Assembly (NCBI GenBank): GCA_964463425.1
Contig: CAYXBV010000002.1
Span: 14,297 to 70,667 of the forward strand
Source: an uncultured Gammaproteobacteria bacterium
GTDB taxonomy: Bacteria; Patescibacteriota; Microgenomatia; UBA8517
Reading direction: 5' to 3'
Length of the DNA stretch: 56,371 bases
The stretch's first letter is position 1; each line of letters starts with the position of its first letter. The notes below the pieces were generated by a model. It worked only from the letters and a program-made list of their open reading frames with translations, had not been told where the DNA came from and ran no database searches. The translations under genes were made by a program, and so were the position numbers. This document shows, piece after piece, positions 1 through 10,008 of the stretch.

Positions 1-387
1 TACTTCCTTTTTTTCTTCCTTTACAGGAATTGGTTTTACCCATTCCATTCTTACTATCTCGGCTGCATCTCCTCTTCTTCTAGGAAGATTAATTATTCTT
101 GTATACCCACCCTTTCTTTCTCCAAACGCAGGAGCAATTCTTCCCGCAAGAGCTTTTGTTGTTATTTTGTCGTTTCCTAAAGAAGCAAACAAACGTCGCT
201 GTGATTGAACTGAGCTATTTTTGGCTAAATTTACCAATTTATCCACATCACCTTGAATGGCTTTTGCTTTTGCTTTAGTTGTTGTTATTTTGTCATATTT
301 AACCAGCGCTCTTATCAATGCTCTGAAAAGCGCTCGTCTAGTGTCTCGTTCTCGAGACAATTTACGACCATATACTCTTTTTTTCAT
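1..387 (-). CDS. rplQ: 50S ribosomal protein L17 (C-terminal end runs off the window)
   Basis: Not in the ORF track because it is open at the window edge. Reverse complement from ATG at 387 reads MKKRVYGRKLSRERDTRRALFRALIRALVKYDKITTTKAKAKAIQGDVDKL...FGERKGGYTRIINLPRRRGDAAEIV, 129 codons with no stop. GGYTRI is the L17 hallmark. It follows rpoA as in alpha operons, and a GGGAG SD lies upstream. Confidence 0.9.
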   Translation of the reverse strand, partial: MKKRVYGRKLSRERDTRRALFRALIRALVKYDKITTTKAKAKAIQGDVDKLVNLAKNSSVQSQRRLFASLGNDKITTKALAGRIAPAFGERKGGYTRIINLPRRRGDAAEIVRMEWVKPIPVKEEKKEV

Positions 388-408
388 TTTGAAATTCTCC
401 CAAACGGT

Positions 409-1329
409 CTACATTTCCAGCCTTACGTTTTTTTCGGCTAGAGCTGCGTCAATAATCTTTATAGATTTCTCTCCAAGATTTCTTACTTTGACTAAATCTG
501 CTCTTTTTGCCTTAACTAAAGCTTCAACCGTTTCAAAACCTGCCTTTACGAGGGCGTTTGCCACTCTCGTTGGTAGGGCAATTTCTTCAACTGAAAGATT
601 TCCTACTGCTCCTAATCCGTCGTCTACTTTTTCCACTTCTTTCTTTACCTTTCTTGGAGTTACTATTTGATTAAAGTACGCTATTAATATTTTTGAGGCT
701 TTCTTCAAAGCATCAGTAGGATTCATTGTTCCATCAGTCCAAATCTCTAAAATCAATTTGTCATAATTTGTAAATCTACCTACACGCGTTTCTTCAATTT
801 TGTAGTTAACTCTCAAAACAGGAGAAAATGAAGCATCTAATGGAATTAACCCAATTCCAGTTTTACTTGACTCATCTACAGCTTGGTAACCTATTCCTGA
901 TTCTATTTTCATTTTGACATCAAGTTTTGTACCTTTGTTTAGAAGAGCTAAAACTAGTTCTGGATTGGCCACTCGAATGTTTGCTGGGACTTTTATGTCT
1001 TTTGCTTTTACTTCACCTGGTCCTTTTACTGAAAGTGTGGCATTAACAACCTTATCTGAATCGTAAGCAAATCTCACCTTTTTAAGATTAAGTATAAATT
1101 CAACTATATCTTGCTTCATTCCTTTAAGAGTTGAAAACTGATGTTTTACACCATTTATTCGAACAGACGTAATCGCTGCTCCTGGAAGATCAGTTAATAA
1201 CACTCTTCGCAATGAATTACCCAAGGTATTTCCATACCCTCGAGCTAAAGGGGAAATTATAAATTTTCCGTAATTATCTTTTTTTCCTTCTTTTTTTATT
1301 TCAAATATTAGTTCATTCACTATAATCAC
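409..1329 (-). CDS. rpoA: DNA-directed RNA polymerase subunit alpha
   Basis: 306-aa ORF. The N-terminal domain has SPLARGYGNTLGNSLRRVLL and the C-terminal HhH domain has LSVEEIALPTRVANALVKAGFETVEAL. It sits between rpsD and rplQ. Confidence 0.95.
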   Translation of the reverse strand: MIIVNELIFEIKKEGKKDNYGKFIISPLARGYGNTLGNSLRRVLLTDLPGAAITSVRINGVKHQFSTLKGMKQDIVEFILNLKKVRFAYDSDKVVNATLSVKGPGEVKAKDIKVPANIRVANPELVLALLNKGTKLDVKMKIESGIGYQAVDESSKTGIGLIPLDASFSPVLRVNYKIEETRVGRFTNYDKLILEIWTDGTMNPTDALKKASKILIAYFNQIVTPRKVKKEVEKVDDGLGAVGNLSVEEIALPTRVANALVKAGFETVEALVKAKRADLVKVRNLGEKSIKIIDAALAEKNVRLEM

Positions 1330-1335
1330 CTCCCA

Positions 1336-1938
1336 CTATCTTGAGTAGAACTCAATGATATCCTGAGTCGAAATCGGCTCAGAAATATCGTCTACTACTG
1401 GCAATCTTTTGACCTTTCCGACTATTGCTTTTCTAGCAAGCCAGTCAGGTATGCTTAATTTTTTTGTTTCTAGTAATTTTTTAATAGCTGGAATTTCCAT
1501 TGCTGTTGGTGTCAATGTAATTATTTCACCCGGTTTTACTTGATAAGAAGGGATGTTTACCTTCTTGCCATCAATTAATACTTGCCTGTGAGAAACTAGC
1601 TGCCTTGCGGCTGGTCTCGTTGGCGCAAAATGCAATCTAAAAACAACATTGTCTAGTCTTCGCTCTAAAAGAGACAAAAGAACTTCGGCTGAGTTTCCTC
1701 TAGACTTTAAGGATTTTTCAATATATCCCTTAAATTGTTTTTCCATTACTCCGTATAATCTTCTTACCTTTTGTTTTTCTCTTAATTGCAATCTGTATCG
1801 AGAAGGTCTTCTTCTTGATCCTTTAGGCCCGTGTACCCCGGGGGGTATAGCCAGACGTGTAAGTTTAGCCCCTTTTCCAAAAAGGTCAAATCCCTCACTC
1901 CTGCTTAGCCTGTCTTTTGGTCCTGTATATCTTGCCAT
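1336..1938 (-). CDS. rpsD: 30S ribosomal protein S4
   Basis: 200-aa ORF with MARYTGPKDRLSRSEG N-terminus and an S4 RNA-binding domain (RLDNVVFRLHFAPTRPAARQLVSHRQVLIDGKKVNIPSY). Operon position fits. Confidence 0.95.
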   Translation of the reverse strand: MARYTGPKDRLSRSEGFDLFGKGAKLTRLAIPPGVHGPKGSRRRPSRYRLQLREKQKVRRLYGVMEKQFKGYIEKSLKSRGNSAEVLLSLLERRLDNVVFRLHFAPTRPAARQLVSHRQVLIDGKKVNIPSYQVKPGEIITLTPTAMEIPAIKKLLETKKLSIPDWLARKAIVGKVKRLPVVDDISEPISTQDIIEFYSR

Positions 1939-1941
1939 TTT

Positions 1942-2310
1942 TTATACTCTCCTTTTCTTTTTCTGCCTTGGTCCATTATGCGGAATAGGAGTAATATCAG
2001 CGATTAAAGAAATTCTAATTTTCGCTGCCTTTATAGCTCTTAGTGCCGCATCTCGTCCTGGTCCTGGTCCTTTTACATAAATTTCAACTTCTTTTAAATC
2101 ATACTTTTCCTTGGCTTCATTTATTACTTTTTCAACAGCTGTCGTTGCCGCATAAGGGGTAGACTTTCTTGTTCCCTTAAAACCCGCGGCTCCAGCTGAT
2201 CCCCAGCATATTACTCCACCATTTTCATCAGTCACCGTTATTAAGGTGTTGTTGAAAGACGCTGCTATGTAGATTTTTCCTGAACTTACTGTTCTTTTTT
2301 TTGCTGCCAT
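1942..2310 (-). CDS. rpsK: 30S ribosomal protein S11
   Basis: 122-aa ORF with GKIYIAASFNNTLITVTDENG and GFKGTRKSTPYAA motifs. Operon position fits. Confidence 0.95.
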   Translation of the reverse strand: MAAKKRTVSSGKIYIAASFNNTLITVTDENGGVICWGSAGAAGFKGTRKSTPYAATTAVEKVINEAKEKYDLKEVEIYVKGPGPGRDAALRAIKAAKIRISLIADITPIPHNGPRQKKKRRV

Positions 2311-2717
2311 TATTTACCCTCCGCTTGTTTTGGTTGTGTCTTAGAAAGTTCCTCTTTCTTAAATGCTCCTACTGTTTTTCTCTTTCCTCTTTTAGTTCTT
2401 GCATTTGTTTTTGTTCTTTGCCCTCTAACTGGCAAGCCTCTTGCGTGCCTAACTCCTTTGTAACAACCTGTTGCTCTCAATCTTGCAATGTCCTCTCTTA
2501 CCTTTCTCATTAAATCACCCTCTGTGGGATGCTTTTCCATCTTAGAAACAATCTTGGTTATTTCTTCAGAAGTTAGATCTTTAACTTTTTTTGTATGATC
2601 AATTTTTAGAGAATCTAATATCTTTGTAGACAAAGCCCAACCTATGCCTTTGATTTTAGTCAATGCATAGTCTACCTTTAATTTGTCTTCTAGTTCTACT
2701 CCTGATATTCTAGCCAT
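2310..2717 (-). CDS. rpsM: 30S ribosomal protein S13
   Basis: 135-aa ORF with MARISGVEL N-terminus and RGLPVRGQRTKTNARTRKG-like C-terminus. Operon position fits. Confidence 0.95.
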   Translation of the reverse strand: MARISGVELEDKLKVDYALTKIKGIGWALSTKILDSLKIDHTKKVKDLTSEEITKIVSKMEKHPTEGDLMRKVREDIARLRATGCYKGVRHARGLPVRGQRTKTNARTKRGKRKTVGAFKKEELSKTQPKQAEGK

Positions 2718-2737
2718 TTTTTATTTTTATAAATTTA

Positions 2738-2851
2738 TTACCCTTGGCGTTGTTTGTGCCTAGGATTACTGCAAATAACATAAAGGACACCCTTACGTCT
2801 AACTATCTTGCAATTTCTGCATCTTTTTTTTATTGACGAATTAACTTTCAT
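2738..2851 (-). CDS. rpmJ: 50S ribosomal protein L36
   Basis: Too short for the ORF track. Reverse complement reads ATG..TAA = [37 protein letters not shown] (37 aa), a classic L36 with C-x2-C...C...H zinc motif. It lies between infA and rpsM. Confidence 0.9.
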   Translation of the reverse strand: MKVNSSIKKRCRNCKIVRRKGVLYVICSNPRHKQRQG

Positions 2852-2882
2852 TTTTATTTTTTATTAAAATTAAACTATAAAC

Positions 2883-3098
2883 CTAATATTTGTAGACGAT
2901 TCTTCCTCGTTCTTTGTCGTAGCGTGTCATTTCTACTTTTACTTTGTCTCCAGGGAAAATTCTAACATACCTTCTTCTCATTTTTCCCTTTAAGGTCGTT
3001 AATACTTTCCTTTCATCAACAAGGTCAACTCTAAACATTGTGTTTGGCAATGCTTCTGTTACTACTCCATTGATTTGAACTGTCTCTTCTTTTGTCAT
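2883..3098 (-). CDS. infA: translation initiation factor IF-1
   Basis: 71-aa S1-like OB protein (GVVTEALPNTMFRVDL...GKMRRRYVRIFPGDKVKVEMTRYD). Operon position fits. Confidence 0.95.
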   Translation of the reverse strand: MTKEETVQINGVVTEALPNTMFRVDLVDERKVLTTLKGKMRRRYVRIFPGDKVKVEMTRYDKERGRIVYKY

Positions 3099-3118
3099 AA
3101 GTGCCGTTTCTTGCTTAA

Positions 3119-3883
3119 TTAATTGATTTTCGTCAAAACAATAGGACCGTTGCTTGAGATAGCGACGGTCTCTTCGAAAAGTCCAGATATTTTATCACTC
3201 TTGACCTTGATTGTCCAACCATCTTCCTCTATTTCGATCTCAGGCGAGCCTATTGTGTACATTACCTCAATCGCAAACGTGGCTCCTTCAGGTATTAGTG
3301 GCGTGTTTTCTCTCTTCGTCGAAACAAAGCAGGGGATTTGTGGGTATTCATGTAACTCTCTCCCTATTCCATGCCCAACTAGAGTCCTCATAGGCTCAAG
3401 GTTATTGTCTTTAAGGGTATCTTCCATTGCCTTTGAAATATCATATATTCTATTTCCCGGAATAGCTTGGGCAATAGCTTTCTCTAGGGCTTTTTCCCCA
3501 GCTTTCATAAATTTCTCTGTTTCTTTTGATGGCGAAATAGCTACGGAAATTGAAGTATCATTGTGAAATCCCTTATAGAAAATACCTAAATCAATACTCA
3601 CAATATCTCCTTTTTTGAAAACAAGACTTTTTTTAGGAATTCCGTGTACAATTCCCTCATTAACATTCACGCAAGTTGCCCAATGATAACTAGGCACCAT
3701 TTTAAAAGAAGGTTTACCGCCTTCTTTTTTAATAAGTTCGCAGGCAAGCTCCTCTATTTCCGCCGCATTAACTCCTACTTTTGTCTTATCCGCCAAAACC
3801 TTCCTCACTCTTGCAAGCTTTTCTCCGCCTTCTTTCATTTTTTTCATATCGGAATCGGTTTTAATAGTGATTGTTTTATTCAT
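3119..3883 (-). CDS. map: type I methionine aminopeptidase
   Basis: 254-aa ORF with the MetAP pita-bread pattern (VNEGIVHGIP, GDIVSIDLG, HNDTS, VGHGIGRELHE, FAIEVM). It follows adk as in spc operons. Confidence 0.93.
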   Translation of the reverse strand: MNKTITIKTDSDMKKMKEGGEKLARVRKVLADKTKVGVNAAEIEELACELIKKEGGKPSFKMVPSYHWATCVNVNEGIVHGIPKKSLVFKKGDIVSIDLGIFYKGFHNDTSISVAISPSKETEKFMKAGEKALEKAIAQAIPGNRIYDISKAMEDTLKDNNLEPMRTLVGHGIGRELHEYPQIPCFVSTKRENTPLIPEGATFAIEVMYTIGSPEIEIEEDGWTIKVKSDKISGLFEETVAISSNGPIVLTKIN

Positions 3884-4520
3884 TTGTTTTATTAATTCTT
3901 TCTAGTTTAGTTAAAATATCTTCTGTTATTACTTTGATTGGGCGCTCTCCATCAATTTTTTCTAAAACCCCCTCTTTTTCAAAAATTTCAATCAAAGGCA
4001 AAACGCTTTCTTTAAACCAACCCAGTCTTTTTTTGATTGCTTCAGGTTTGTCATCAGGTCGTTGATATAAATTATTTATGTCAATCTCTGAACCTGGGGG
4101 GTTCGTCACCAAGTTATATATTTTTCCTGACTCTTTATCTACTCTTCGCGATGAAGTTCTTTTTAAAATTTCTTTTTCGCTAATTTCTAGAAAAATCACA
4201 CTATCTATTTCTACTGATTTTTCTGCCAACCATTCCTTCAACATCTCATATTGCTTAATCGAGCGGGGATACCCCTCTAGTAACAAATTCTCTCTGGAAG
4301 GATTTTCCTTTTCTAGGTGGGTTGTTAAAAGAGAAAACATTTCGTCATCGGGGAGAAGCTCTCCTCGTTTGTTTATTCTTTCGTCAATAGCGGCATTCGT
4401 TTTGGCAAGATTTCGAAGAAACTTACCTGCTTCGAAATAAAATAAGTTTAACTTTTTGGCAATAATTCTTGCCTGAGTTCCCTTACCCGAGCCCAATGCC
4501 CCCATTACTAATATGTTCAT
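3876..4520 (-). CDS. adk: adenylate kinase
   Basis: 214-aa ORF with P-loop [14 protein letters not shown]-binding and LID regions. The LID has no Cys4 zinc knuckle. It follows secY. Confidence 0.92.
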   Translation of the reverse strand: MNILVMGALGSGKGTQARIIAKKLNLFYFEAGKFLRNLAKTNAAIDERINKRGELLPDDEMFSLLTTHLEKENPSRENLLLEGYPRSIKQYEMLKEWLAEKSVEIDSVIFLEISEKEILKRTSSRRVDKESGKIYNLVTNPPGSEIDINNLYQRPDDKPEAIKKRLGWFKESVLPLIEIFEKEGVLEKIDGERPIKVITEDILTKLERINKTNE

Positions 4521-5797
4521 CTTAAAAACCCTTCATATCTTTTCATAACTAATTGAGATTCGATCTCGCGTGTAAATTCTAAAACGACAGAAACAATAAT
4601 TAATATTCCTGTACCACCTATTGCCAAATTGGCAACACCAACAGCATTTTGGAAGAAGGAAGGCAAAACAGCAATCAAGCCCAAAAAGGTGGCACCCACC
4701 AAAGTAATCTTACTTAAAACTCCAGAAAGATATTTAGTCGTCTGAGATCCAGGTCTAATACCAGGAATAAATCCTCCATTTTTTTGTAAATTTTCAGAAA
4801 TCTTTTCGGGACTGAATACAATTGCTGTATAAAAATATGTAAATCCAAAAACAAGTAAAAAGTAAAAGATATTATAAAGAAGAGTTTGTGGGTTAAATGC
4901 CTGAGATAGTCGCGTAGCGAACTGAGCAAGTTGGGGATTGCTTGACCCACTTAAACCCTGACTCAATAATGAAGGCAATAACACTAAAGAAACAGCAAAG
5001 ATGATCGGAATTACTCCGGCCTGGTTAAGCCTAAGGGGGAGATACGAAGAAGAGGCTGACGCTTTATTTACACGCCTAGCATAACTAATTGGAATTTGCC
5101 TTGTTGCCTCATTCATAAAGACAATTAAGCCAACAATTATTATTGACGCAGCTAGGAAAATTAGCATTTTGAACAAATCAGCTGAACTGTATACCGAAGC
5201 TGTCTGTCCCAGTGTTACTGGTAGTCTTGCCACAATTCCAGCAAAAATCAAAAAGGAAATTCCATTGCTTATTCCATATTCGGTAATTAGTTCACCCAAC
5301 CAAACAGCAAAAACAGTTCCTGCAGTCATCGTCAATACAAGAGCAATAAGATTAATTGGAGGAAGAGTGCCGATTATACCCTGCCCCTTCAATAAAGCGT
5401 ACATGGCAAAAGACTGTACTCCTGCCAAAGGAACAGCTACTAGTCTTGTATATCTATTAATCTTTTCTTGTCCATATTCTCCCTCTTTTGATAGTTCCTC
5501 AAGTGATGGAATCACAAAAGTCAAAAGCTGGAAAATAATTGAGGCATTAATATAAGGCCCAAGACCTAAAGCCATAATTGAAAAGTTTGCAAGAGTTCCA
5601 CCTGAAAAGACATCTAGAAGAGAAAGAAGTTGGCTACCTGAAAACAAGGCTTGCAAGGAGTTTCTGTCAATTCCAGCTGCCGGTATATGAGCGGCAAGAC
5701 GATAGGCAATAAGAATGGCGAGCGTAATAAGAAGTTTGCGCCGAATGTCTGCTGACTTTAAGGCTTTTGTAAAAAATCGGGCAATTGGTTCAAGCAT
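4517..5797 (-). CDS. secY: preprotein translocase subunit SecY
   Basis: 426-aa polytopic membrane ORF ([29 protein letters not shown]). It sits between rplO and adk. Confidence 0.95.
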   Translation of the reverse strand: MLEPIARFFTKALKSADIRRKLLITLAILIAYRLAAHIPAAGIDRNSLQALFSGSQLLSLLDVFSGGTLANFSIMALGLGPYINASIIFQLLTFVIPSLEELSKEGEYGQEKINRYTRLVAVPLAGVQSFAMYALLKGQGIIGTLPPINLIALVLTMTAGTVFAVWLGELITEYGISNGISFLIFAGIVARLPVTLGQTASVYSSADLFKMLIFLAASIIIVGLIVFMNEATRQIPISYARRVNKASASSSYLPLRLNQAGVIPIIFAVSLVLLPSLLSQGLSGSSNPQLAQFATRLSQAFNPQTLLYNIFYFLLVFGFTYFYTAIVFSPEKISENLQKNGGFIPGIRPGSQTTKYLSGVLSKITLVGATFLGLIAVLPSFFQNAVGVANLAIGGTGILIIVSVVLEFTREIESQLVMKRYEGFLR

Positions 5798-6253
5798 TTA
5801 TTCCTCTTTTTCCTTAATGACCTTACCGCCTGCTTTCTCCACAATTTTAATTGCGGATTTTGAAATAGGTAAGGCGATTGTTAGTTTTTTCTCTAATTTT
5901 CCGTTCCCAAGTATCTTTACTCCGTATCTTAAGGCATCTTCTCGCTTTACCACACCGTTTTTAGCGAGGTTTTCTATAGTAACCTTTGTTCCTGCTGGAA
6001 GCACGTTTAAATAGGCTAAATTCACTATTAAGGGCTTCTTTCCTGCCTTAAACTTTCCTTTTCCCCTTCTAAGCGGAATTCTCTTGATTAAAGACTTTTT
6101 TACCTTAATACCCTCAAAAAGAATACCGATATGACTCCTTGATTTTTGTCCCTTTTGTCCACGTCCGGATGTGTGGCCACCCTTACCACTGCCATATCCT
6201 CTTCCGACTCTCTTTTTTCTTTTAGTTACTGTTTTTTCTAGTTTTGTTGTCAT
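5798..6253 (-). CDS. rplO: 50S ribosomal protein L15
   Basis: 151-aa ORF with RVGRGYGSGKGGHTSGRGQKGQKSR motif. It lies directly downstream of rpsE with no rpmD between them. Confidence 0.95.
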   Translation of the reverse strand: MTTKLEKTVTKRKKRVGRGYGSGKGGHTSGRGQKGQKSRSHIGILFEGIKVKKSLIKRIPLRRGKGKFKAGKKPLIVNLAYLNVLPAGTKVTIENLAKNGVVKREDALRYGVKILGNGKLEKKLTIALPISKSAIKIVEKAGGKVIKEKEE

Positions 6254-6255
6254 TG

Positions 6256-6735
6256 TTATTTTCTATAAGTTTTTCTTTCACTCAATTTTGTTATCGTATC
6301 TAAAGCCTTCAAGGTTGCGTGAACATTTGATATTTTATTTTTAGTACCCAATATTTTTCCAACAGCATCCTTAATTCCAGCTGCTTCTAAAACAACCCTC
6401 ATTGGTCCTCCAGCAATAATACCTGAACCAGCCGGGGCTGGTTTAAGAATAACTTTTGCTGCAGAAAATTTTTCTGTGACAGAGTAGGGGATAGTCGTTC
6501 CAGAAAGAGCCACTTTCTTCATTTTTTTCTTAGCCGAAGAGAATGCTTTTCTAATCGCATTTCTTACATCAGGTGCTTTAGCAAATCCTGCTCCCACCTT
6601 TCCCTTCCTGTCTCCTACTACTACCAATGCTGAAAACCTCATTTGATTTCCACCTTTTGTTTTTTTAGAAATTCTATTTATTTGAACAACTGTCTCTTCA
6701 AATTCCCTTACCTGATTGTTGTAATTATTTTGCAT
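6256..6735 (-). CDS. rpsE: 30S ribosomal protein S5
   Basis: 159-aa ORF with INRISKKTKGGNQMRFSALVVVGDRKGKVGAGFAKA and GSGIIAGGPMRVVLEAAGI motifs. Confidence 0.95.
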   Translation of the reverse strand: MQNNYNNQVREFEETVVQINRISKKTKGGNQMRFSALVVVGDRKGKVGAGFAKAPDVRNAIRKAFSSAKKKMKKVALSGTTIPYSVTEKFSAAKVILKPAPAGSGIIAGGPMRVVLEAAGIKDAVGKILGTKNKISNVHATLKALDTITKLSERKTYRK

Positions 6736-6736
6736 A

Positions 6737-7087
6737 TTAAAATTCTAAGCCTCCCTTTCTTGCTCCTTCTGCAATCGCTTTAACTTTCCCATGATATTTA
6801 TACCCTCCCCTATCAAAAATTACTTTCTTTATCTTCTTTGCCACAGCCTTTTTAGCCAATGCTTCTCCCACCATTCCCGCAATTTCTATTCCGCTTTTAG
6901 CTGTCTTTGTCTTTGGTAAATCCTGGCTTGAGTAGGCCACAATTGTTTTTCCCTTACTGTCGTCAATAATTTGAGCGTATACGTACTTATTTGACCTAAA
7001 GACTGTTAATCTTGGTCGCTCGTTAGAAATAAGTATTCTTCTTCTCATTCTTTTCTTTCTTTGTGTTCTTTGTTTATAGTTTTTCAT
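6737..7087 (-). CDS. rplR: 50S ribosomal protein L18
   Basis: 116-aa ORF with [20 protein letters not shown] and [28 protein letters not shown]. Confidence 0.95.
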   Translation of the reverse strand: MKNYKQRTQRKKRMRRRILISNERPRLTVFRSNKYVYAQIIDDSKGKTIVAYSSQDLPKTKTAKSGIEIAGMVGEALAKKAVAKKIKKVIFDRGGYKYHGKVKAIAEGARKGGLEF

Positions 7088-7091
7088 TTGA

Positions 7092-7652
7092 TTATGCAGC
7101 TGCTCCCTGTGCCTTCGCAGCCTTACCAGGCTTCCTTCTTACAACTTCGTCTATATATTTTATCCCTTTACCTTTATATGGCTCGGGTGGTCTTATATCT
7201 CGAATCTTGGCGGCTACTTGGCCAACCAACTCTTTATCTATTCCTTCAATAGTAATTAATGTTTTTTGTATGTTAAATTTGATTCCTTCTGGTGCTTTCA
7301 TCTCTACTGGATGCGAATAGCCAATCGCCAAAACTAAATTATTCTCTGATCCTTCTGCTCGGTATCCTGTTCCAACAAGTTCTAGTTGTTTGGACCAGCC
7401 CTCTAATACACCTTTTACCATATTGGCAATTAGGGCTCTCCATGTACCGTGCATGGCTCTTGCCGTTTTGCTTTCCCCTTTTGGTGCAACCAACACTTCA
7501 TTCTCTTTAACTTCAATCTTGACATCTCGAGGAAATTCTCGTTTGAGTTCCCCTTTTGGGCCCTTAACAATAATCACCCCGTTTGAAGCGGATACTTCAA
7601 CTGTTTCTGGTATTGTTACTGGTAGTTTTCCTATTCTGCTCATATTTACCAA
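7092..7652 (-). CDS. rplF: 50S ribosomal protein L6
   Basis: 186-aa [12 protein letters not shown] begins at the fourth codon, so the true start may be the ATG at 7643. It has two L6 repeats and [10 protein letters not shown]. Confidence 0.93.
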   Translation of the reverse strand: MVNMSRIGKLPVTIPETVEVSASNGVIIVKGPKGELKREFPRDVKIEVKENEVLVAPKGESKTARAMHGTWRALIANMVKGVLEGWSKQLELVGTGYRAEGSENNLVLAIGYSHPVEMKAPEGIKFNIQKTLITIEGIDKELVGQVAAKIRDIRPPEPYKGKGIKYIDEVVRRKPGKAAKAQGAAA

Positions 7653-8029
7653 ATTTTTACAATTACTTCTCCACCTATTCGTTTCTTAATTGCGTCAAAA
7701 GAAGTCATGGCTCCTTTTGAGGTCGACAAGATGAAAAAATGCGGTCCTCTTTCGGCGGCCAACTCATCTGCGCTCATATAAATCCTTAGCCCAGGCCTAG
7801 ATACTAGCTTTAAATCCATAAGGACTGGCTCTTTTTTCCTGTATGCCGGTTTTATTATTAATTTTCCTTCTTTTTTCTTAACTTCTGTTAAAATTCCCAC
7901 CTTTTTCAATACACCAGCAACACTTTCAATAAGTTTTGTATTATCAACCTCAAACTCTTTTTTCCTTGCAAGAGTTGCGTTCTTAATTCTGATTAAAAAA
8001 TCTCCGATTGAATAATTAATGTTTGTCAT
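7646..8029 (-). CDS. rpsH: 30S ribosomal protein S8
   Basis: 127-aa ORF with IGDFLIRIKNA N-terminus and [10 protein letters not shown]-terminus. Confidence 0.95.
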   Translation of the reverse strand: MTNINYSIGDFLIRIKNATLARKKEFEVDNTKLIESVAGVLKKVGILTEVKKKEGKLIIKPAYRKKEPVLMDLKLVSRPGLRIYMSADELAAERGPHFFILSTSKGAMTSFDAIKKRIGGEVIVKIW

Positions 8030-8030
8030 T

Positions 8031-8216
8031 TTACCAGCTTGCCTTTCTTACTCCTGGCAGGTTTCCCTTGTGAGCTTGTTCTCGGAAACACAATCTGCAA
8101 AGACCAAATCTCCTCATATAACCACGTGGTCTTCCACAAAGTCTGCACCTATTTCTGTATCGAACTTTGTATTTTAATTTCTTTTTTTCTCTTTCTATTT
8201 TTGATGTTTTAGCCAT
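8031..8216 (-). CDS. rpsZ: 30S ribosomal protein S14, zinc-binding type Z
   Basis: 61-aa ORF with [23 protein letters not shown] (two CxxC pairs) ending in W. Confidence 0.93.
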   Translation of the reverse strand: MAKTSKIEREKKKLKYKVRYRNRCRLCGRPRGYMRRFGLCRLCFREQAHKGNLPGVRKASW

Positions 8217-8234
8217 ATTTTTCTGTAAGTATAA

Positions 8235-8798
8235 TTACTTTTCAGACTCCTCTCCTTTTTCAAGCGGCATACCCATTAAAATAAGTAATTTTTTAGATTC
8301 TTCCATATCTTGTGTGTTGGTGACAATTGTTATTTCAAGTCCTCGTGGCGCACCTGATTTATTTATATCAATTTCAGGAAAAACCGTGTGCTCAACAATG
8401 CCCATCGTGTAATTACCACTTCCATCAAAGCTTTTTTGTGACAATCCTCGAAAATCTCTTAACCTAGGAAGAACAATTGTAAAAAGTCTCTCTAAGAAAT
8501 CATACATTCTTTGACCTCTTAATGTTGCTGCTAAACCTACCGGCATCCCTTCTCTGACATTAAAACCTGCCACAGATATTTTGGCTGCTCGAACGGAAGG
8601 CTTTTGTCCAATAATCATTGCTAAATCAGCCTTTATTGCCTTTGTTCCTTCTTTATTTTTAACTAAGTCGCCGATTCCCATATTAACAACGACCTTTTCT
8701 ACTCTAGGAATGGCCATTTTGTTTTTAATACTTAATTCTTTCTCTAGTTGCTTAGAGATTTCTGTTTCGTATTTTTCTTTTAGGTTTACGTGTGACAT
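8235..8798 (-). CDS. rplE: 50S ribosomal protein L5
   Basis: 187-aa ORF with PRVEKVVVNMGIGD, RGQRMYDFLERL and GNYTMGIVEHTVFPEI. Confidence 0.95.
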   Translation of the reverse strand: MSHVNLKEKYETEISKQLEKELSIKNKMAIPRVEKVVVNMGIGDLVKNKEGTKAIKADLAMIIGQKPSVRAAKISVAGFNVREGMPVGLAATLRGQRMYDFLERLFTIVLPRLRDFRGLSQKSFDGSGNYTMGIVEHTVFPEIDINKSGAPRGLEITIVTNTQDMEESKKLLILMGMPLEKGEESEK

Positions 8799-8799
8799 T

Positions 8800-9114
8800 T
8801 TACTTTGTATCTATTTCCTTTTTGCATTTCTTGCAAACTCTAGATTTATTCTTTTCAACTATTTTAAAACCAACACGCGTTACTTTTTTGCACTTCGGGC
8901 AAACTAACGCAATTTTGGCAAAATTCAAAGGTCTAGGAATTTCAAAAATACCCCCCTTTTGATCCTGTTGCCCTTTTACATGCTTCTTGTAAATATTTAC
9001 TCCTGGAATCAAAGCTTTCGACTCTTTTGAAAATATCTTTTCAATCTTTCCTTCTCTTCCTTTGTCTTTTCCAGCTGTAATCTTAACATTGTCCCCAACT
9101 TTAAATTTCAACAT
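8800..9114 (-). CDS. rplX: 50S ribosomal protein L24
   Basis: 104-aa ORF with KOW motif (KVGDNVKITAGKDKGREGKI). Its C-terminus carries CPKC...CKKC cysteine pairs. Confidence 0.92.
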   Translation of the reverse strand: MLKFKVGDNVKITAGKDKGREGKIEKIFSKESKALIPGVNIYKKHVKGQQDQKGGIFEIPRPLNFAKIALVCPKCKKVTRVGFKIVEKNKSRVCKKCKKEIDTK

Positions 9115-9480
9115 TTAGACTACCTCCCTCGCTAAAGATGCTATTTTGTTATAACCAATTTCTTTTATTTCTCTAGCAATCGGTCCCAATATTCTTGTTC
9201 CTTTTGGTAAACCGTTTTTGTCGATAACTACACCTGCATTGTCATCAAACCTGATATAACTACCGTCTTTTCTTCCTATTTCTTTTCTGGTTCTAACAAT
9301 GAGAACTTTTACTTTTTCCCTATTAGTAACGGCTCCATTGGGATCAGCTTCATGAACTATACAAGTTACAACATGTCCAATCGTTGCCACTTTACCAATT
9401 CGGTGAGAAATTCCAATCACAGCCAATTTCTTGGCGCCCGAATTATCGGCAGGTTTTAATATGCTACGCATTTGAATCAT
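9115..9480 (-). CDS. rplN: 50S ribosomal protein L14
   Basis: 121-aa ORF with MIQMRSILKPADNSGAKK N-terminus and DDNAGVVIDKNG...GTRILGPIARE. Confidence 0.95.
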   Translation of the reverse strand: MIQMRSILKPADNSGAKKLAVIGISHRIGKVATIGHVVTCIVHEADPNGAVTNREKVKVLIVRTRKEIGRKDGSYIRFDDNAGVVIDKNGLPKGTRILGPIAREIKEIGYNKIASLAREVV

Positions 9481-9752
9481 TTTGTTTTCCTCTTCTTAGC
9501 AGTTGGTTTCTTGACTTCCTTTTTCTTACTAGCGGTTTCAATAATCTTCCATTTTTTTAGCTTGCTTATTGGCTTACAAGCAACAAATGACACTGTGTCT
9601 CCAACTTTAACACCAACCTCATCATGAACATGATATTTTTTATTTCTCTTAAATCTCTTTTTGTACATTGGGTGAACCACGACACGCTCAACCGAAACAG
9701 TTGCTGTTTTGTTCATTTTTGTTGATATTACTTTTCCTATAAATATTTTCAT
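9477..9752 (-). CDS. rpsQ: 30S ribosomal protein S17
   Basis: 91-aa ORF with GKVISTKMNKTATVSVERVVVHPMYKKRFKRNKKYHVHD and a Lys-rich tail. Confidence 0.93.
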   Translation of the reverse strand: MKIFIGKVISTKMNKTATVSVERVVVHPMYKKRFKRNKKYHVHDEVGVKVGDTVSFVACKPISKLKKWKIIETASKKKEVKKPTAKKRKTK

Positions 9753-10006
9753 TTTGTTTCCTCTTTCTTAGAAGTTGTTTTTTTAACTTCCTTTTTCTCT
9801 TTCTTTTCCAGAATTTGCTTCTCTCTAATTATTGTCATTATTTGAGCAATTTCGTGTTTTAGATTTTTAACTTTCTTTATTTTCTTCTCTTGTCCTGTCT
9901 TCATTTTAGCGCTTGCTATTATACTCTCTTGCTTCTTTTTAGCCACGAGTTTATCAAGCTCAATAATCTTTTTACTTCTTATCTCTTTTAATTCTTTCTT
10001 TTTCAT
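9749..10006 (-). CDS. rpmC: 50S ribosomal protein L29
   Basis: 85-aa helical, Lys/Glu-rich ORF at the canonical slot between rplP and rpsQ (ELKEIRSKKIIELDKLV...). Position and composition support the call; sequence similarity is modest. Confidence 0.8.
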   Translation of the reverse strand: MKKKELKEIRSKKIIELDKLVAKKKQESIIASAKMKTGQEKKIKKVKNLKHEIAQIMTIIREKQILEKKEKKEVKKTTSKKEETK

Positions 10007-10008
10007 AT

